64,000 nucleotides of DNA from Gloeobacterales cyanobacterium (GTDB lineage Bacteria; Cyanobacteriota; Cyanobacteriia; Gloeobacterales; PMM-0068), in contig JBBRSB010000001.1 in assembly GCA_038245785.1 (NCBI GenBank), forward strand, positions 192,001-256,000. The letters are read 5' to 3'. The notes under the pieces were generated by a model that ran no database searches, was not told the DNA's origin, and saw only the letters and a program-made list of their open reading frames with translations. Positions 60,834 to 64,000 of the stretch are shown here, in pieces. Each line of letters starts with the position of its first letter. Positions within the stretch are counted from its first letter, which is position 1. The position numbers and the translations under genes are program-made.

Positions 60834-61400
60834 ATGACCATTTCCACCGAAAAAAAGGTCTGGACAGACGCAGAGTTTATGGCGTTACCCAAGGATGGGC
60901 ATCGCTACGAGTTGGTGAATGGAGCGTTGGTGGATATGGGCAATTCGGGGATGGAGAATGGCTATATCGCTTGCATTTTGACCATCGTGCTGGGAGGGTA
61001 TATTCGAGTCAACAAACTTGGAGCCATTTGTGACTCCAGCACGGCATTTATACTCAAAACTGGAAATAAACGCTCTCCTGATTTTTCATTTATTGCGAAG
61101 AATCGCCTGAAGGGGTTGAGCCGTCCTCCCCGTGGTTTTTTCCAAGGCTCTCCTGACCTAGCCGTTGAAATCCTTTCGCCCAGCAACACGATCGAGGAAA
61201 TCCACGGAAAGATTGTGGAGTATTTTGACAATGATACTCGCCTAGTTTGGGTGATTCATCCCGACGAGAAGTATGTGCTGGTTTACCATTCACCGGAACC
61301 CGACCGCTTTCTACGCTCTGCGGATCATCTGGATGAGGAAGAGGTAGTACCGGGTTTTTCGATGGCGGTTGCAGAGTTATTTGAGCAATGGGATTTTTAG
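60834..61400 (+). CDS. Uma2 family (DUF820) endonuclease
   Basis: RYELVNG, RSPDFSF, PDLAVEILSPSN and LVWVIHP motifs. Confidence 0.92.
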   Translation: MTISTEKKVWTDAEFMALPKDGHRYELVNGALVDMGNSGMENGYIACILTIVLGGYIRVNKLGAICDSSTAFILKTGNKRSPDFSFIAKNRLKGLSRPPRGFFQGSPDLAVEILSPSNTIEEIHGKIVEYFDNDTRLVWVIHPDEKYVLVYHSPEPDRFLRSADHLDEEEVVPGFSMAVAELFEQWDF

Positions 61401-61771
61401 ATCTGCTCCCTATAGAAAGCTTAGTCAAAGATCAGCAGGAGCGTTACTACCAGACCCTGGAAGAAGCTGACCAAGAGGCCAGCAGCAAAGTTTTCATTGA
61501 GTTCATGCTAGGCATCATCGATAATGTATTAACTCAGAACAGCGAAACAATCCAAGCCACCGACCAAGTTAGCGACCAAGTTAAGAGACTTTTAGATGTC
61601 ATGGATAATCAGTACTGGAGCGCCCAAGAACTGATGGAGAAACTTTCACTTTCCCACATGCCAACGTTTCGTAAAAACTATCTCAACCCTGCGTTGAAAG
61701 CGGAACTACTGCTGATGCAATACTTGGATAAGCCTCGCAGTCCAAAACAAAGGTATAAAAAAGTAAGGTAG
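61401..61771 (+). pseudogene. 3' remnant of a Fic-family gene (C-terminal helices plus HTH)
   Basis: LPIESLV..QQERYYQTL..FIEFML..FRKNYLNPAL..KPRSPKQRY. No HPFxxGNGR motif; begins right at the Uma2 stop. Confidence 0.7.
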
Positions 61772-61847
61772 TGTTTACATCTGGGCGTTTCAGCAGTCAC
61801 ATATTCGTTCTGGTAAACTGAAGGCATTGATTGGGCTAAGTTGACCT

Positions 61848-62474
61848 ATGGCCATTGCAACCGACCGACCAATCCAACAGAAGCTACTCAGCTTTGACGA
61901 GTTTCTCGCGCGTTATGGTGGCGAAAACCGCTATGAACTGATTGATGGAGAGGTTTTCGACTTGGAACCAACAGGCCAGCATGAGGAAGTTGCAGCCTTC
62001 GTTACCACAAAGGTCTGTGTCCAGATCGACGGAATAGGTCTGCCTTGGTTTGTCCTTCAGCGTGGAATATTGCGCCCTTCTAACAGTGGTATGACAGCAT
62101 TTCGACCTGATGTTGCAGTTGTCAATCGAGATGAACTTACCAAAGAACTGCTTTGGTCTGACCAGTCAATCCTGACGCTGGGCAGTTCGATTAAATTTGT
62201 GGCAGAAGTTGTGAGTAGCAACTGGCAAAATGATTATGCTCGCAAGGTCGAAGACTACGCGGCCTTAGGCATTCCTGAATATTGGATTGCAGACTATGCA
62301 GGATTAGGTGGTACTCGACACATTGGGAAGCCCAAACAACCCACCCTCTCTATCTGTACGCTAGTGGATGGAGAGTATGAAATTCAGCAGTTTCAAGGCA
62401 ATCAGACCATCGTCTCTCCAACCTTCCCAGAGTTAAAACTGACGGCTGAACAGGTGTTGAGGGCTGGGAAGTAA
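61848..62474 (+). CDS. Uma2 family endonuclease
   Basis: RYELIDGE, FRPDVAV, VAEVVSSNW and GIPEYWI motifs. Confidence 0.92.
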   Translation: MAIATDRPIQQKLLSFDEFLARYGGENRYELIDGEVFDLEPTGQHEEVAAFVTTKVCVQIDGIGLPWFVLQRGILRPSNSGMTAFRPDVAVVNRDELTKELLWSDQSILTLGSSIKFVAEVVSSNWQNDYARKVEDYAALGIPEYWIADYAGLGGTRHIGKPKQPTLSICTLVDGEYEIQQFQGNQTIVSPTFPELKLTAEQVLRAGK

Positions 62475-62637
62475 AATCGCCATGATTCGACTTAGCTGGT
62501 TGCCACTGTTATGGGAGGCAGTTTTATCCCCTTCAAAAGTTATTGCCAACGAGATTATAAAGGAAATAATGTTGCCTAACCTATGGTTCTTCAGTGCAGC
62601 AGACAAAAAGGCGAAAATCAACCCTTCCCTTGTCCAG

Positions 62638-62743
62638 GCGATCGCCATCTAGCGTTGAACTACAGCCAACAACAGTAACTGCTACGCTGCGATTACGGGC
62701 GATCGTATTTTTGGGTGTGGGGTTGCATAGGCGATTGCGATCG
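62638..62743. repeat. ~100-bp HIP1-bounded repeat, copy 1
   Basis: GCGATCGCCATCTAGCG..AACAACAGYAACTGCTACG..ATTTTTGGGTGTGG..ATAGGCGATYGCGAT, shared with 63666-63759. Confidence 0.85.
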
Positions 62744-63621
62744 TCAAGAATGCGATTTTAGCCAGTTCACCAAATCATTCAGTTCCGAGAAATCCAGTAA
62801 TGCCTCACCCAGGGACTCAAGTTGGGTAAGGGATAGGGCTTGAACCTGCGATTGTAGTTCTGAAGACACATCGCCAATGCGGCGCGTTAGAAGACGGAGG
62901 ATCAGAGATTGCTCTCCCTCAAGTTTGCCCTTAAGCAGGCCAGCCTGCTCACCTTCTTGACGACCTTCCTGCAAAGCGTCTTGATAGACTCTGGTTTGTT
63001 TGAGTTCGCTTAAGCCCAGCATTTCTTCAATCGCCTCCCGACTCAGTTTTGGGAATTTGTAGACAATCACCGTCTCTATCAGTTCCATTATCGCTGCAAA
63101 CTGGGGTTCCGTGGAAGACCTCTGCCGGACTCTGGCTAACAAATCTTTAGCCTGGGCGATCGCCTCTTTTTGTTTCATTACAATAAGACGCATCAACCCT
63201 AGACCTACTGAATCACCAGACTCCGCTGGGAGCTCGTTCAGATAAATCCGATAAACTTGGTCACTGCCAAGGAGGTTGCGGAACAATCTGGTTTCGAGAG
63301 GTTCTGCTGAAGGGCGAGGAAATATAACGACTGCCCTCCAATCAAAAGTCTGGGGGTGTAATTTTAAGAATAGATGAATTTCTGCCATGAATCGGTGATA
63401 AAAAACCGGATCATGCTGAAACTGCACTTCCAAAAAAATAACTGTTTGGTCTGCTGTATCAGGCTTGGGAAGAAAAACTCCGTCGAGACGGAAAGCCAAC
63501 TGTTTTACTTCGACGGACTCAAACTGAAGCCTTGAGCTAAGTCAGGCGATTGTCCCAGAAGCTCAAATAAGATGCCAGGAGCAGCCTGAAATACTCTGTA
63601 AAAAATAGAATCAGTTTTCAC
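62744..63621 (-). pseudogene. Rpn/DUF2887-DUF4351 family gene with a 1-nt deletion frameshift
   Basis: GTG 63621 gives MKTDSIFYRVFQ; one base is missing near 63527, before QFESVEVKQLAFRLDGVF..FLEVQFQ; C-terminal QEGRQEG repeats and LESLGEALLDF. Confidence 0.85.
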
Positions 63622-63665
63622 GAGATGCGATTACAACGCTAAGTTTTTGTAATCTTACTGGAAAA

Positions 63666-63759
63666 GCGATCGCCATCTAGCGGAACAACAGCAACTGCTA
63701 CGATGCGATGACAGACAAGCGCATTTTTGGGTGTGGATTTGTATAGGCGATCGCGATTG
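63666..63759. repeat. ~95-bp HIP1-bounded repeat, copy 2
   Basis: Matches 62638-62743 with a short internal deletion. Confidence 0.85.
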
Positions 63760-64000
63760 TTTTTCAATCACACATTGGCACAGAGATTGATTAACAGAAA
63801 AATATCTGAAAATAAAAGATAAACTTTTGGCTAATGTAACCAAACCATTGTACTGAGCAACATGGGATACCTTAAAAAGCCGTAACAAGTGCTTGCAACT
63901 CAAAAGCCATTACACCCACCCGGTATAAGTTGATGCTGATATGAGGCACAGAGCACGGGACAATGGCCCCGGCAGTGATAACCTGAGTCAAGCTCCGTGA

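Noticed and set aside
62433..62648. 71-aa minus-strand ORF, and 82-aa ORF 63655-63903
   Set aside because: Both overlap the non-coding repeats and have no RBS or motif.
1..64000. CRISPR array, tRNA, rRNA, integrase, reverse transcriptase or prophage
   Set aside because: No regularly spaced repeats, cloverleaf/rRNA signatures or such protein motifs were seen by eye.

Overview
Cyanobacterial chromosome segment (raf1, ycf38-like permease, PTOX, nirA/ntcB/cnaT, PspA/Vipp1). The scarcity of HIP1 (GCGATCGC) in housekeeping genes and a PspA/Vipp1 lacking the C-terminal helix suggest an early-branching, possibly Gloeobacterales, lineage (inference). The backbone carries uvrA (runs off the left edge), nadE, hemA, sfsA-phoH-moaD-pspA, trpA, a probable 6S RNA, a type II icd, a 2157-aa STK/AAA/GAF/PAS/HK/REC kinase, mrp, a nitrate assimilation cluster, aroQ, cinA, gatC and def. 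Four accessory blocks interrupt it. (1) 3.5-6.9 kb: DUF433/DUF5615 TA pair plus a lone AIPR gene bracketed by GTTAGAC core-like sites. (2) 34.4-45.3 kb: Xre/RES TA pair followed by an oxidoreductase island full of head-to-tail gene fragments and a deleted IS3. (3) 53.7-55.1 kb: AT-rich extended-antitoxin/PIN pair. (4) 59.9-64 kb: VapBC, Uma2, Fic remnant, Uma2 and frameshifted Rpn, with an exact 50-bp shared leader and two ~100-bp HIP1-bounded repeats. The best candidate for an undescribed system is cassette-style shuffling of defence genes in blocks 1 and 4, but no integrase is present in the window. All calls come from motif recognition by eye; no database searches were run.
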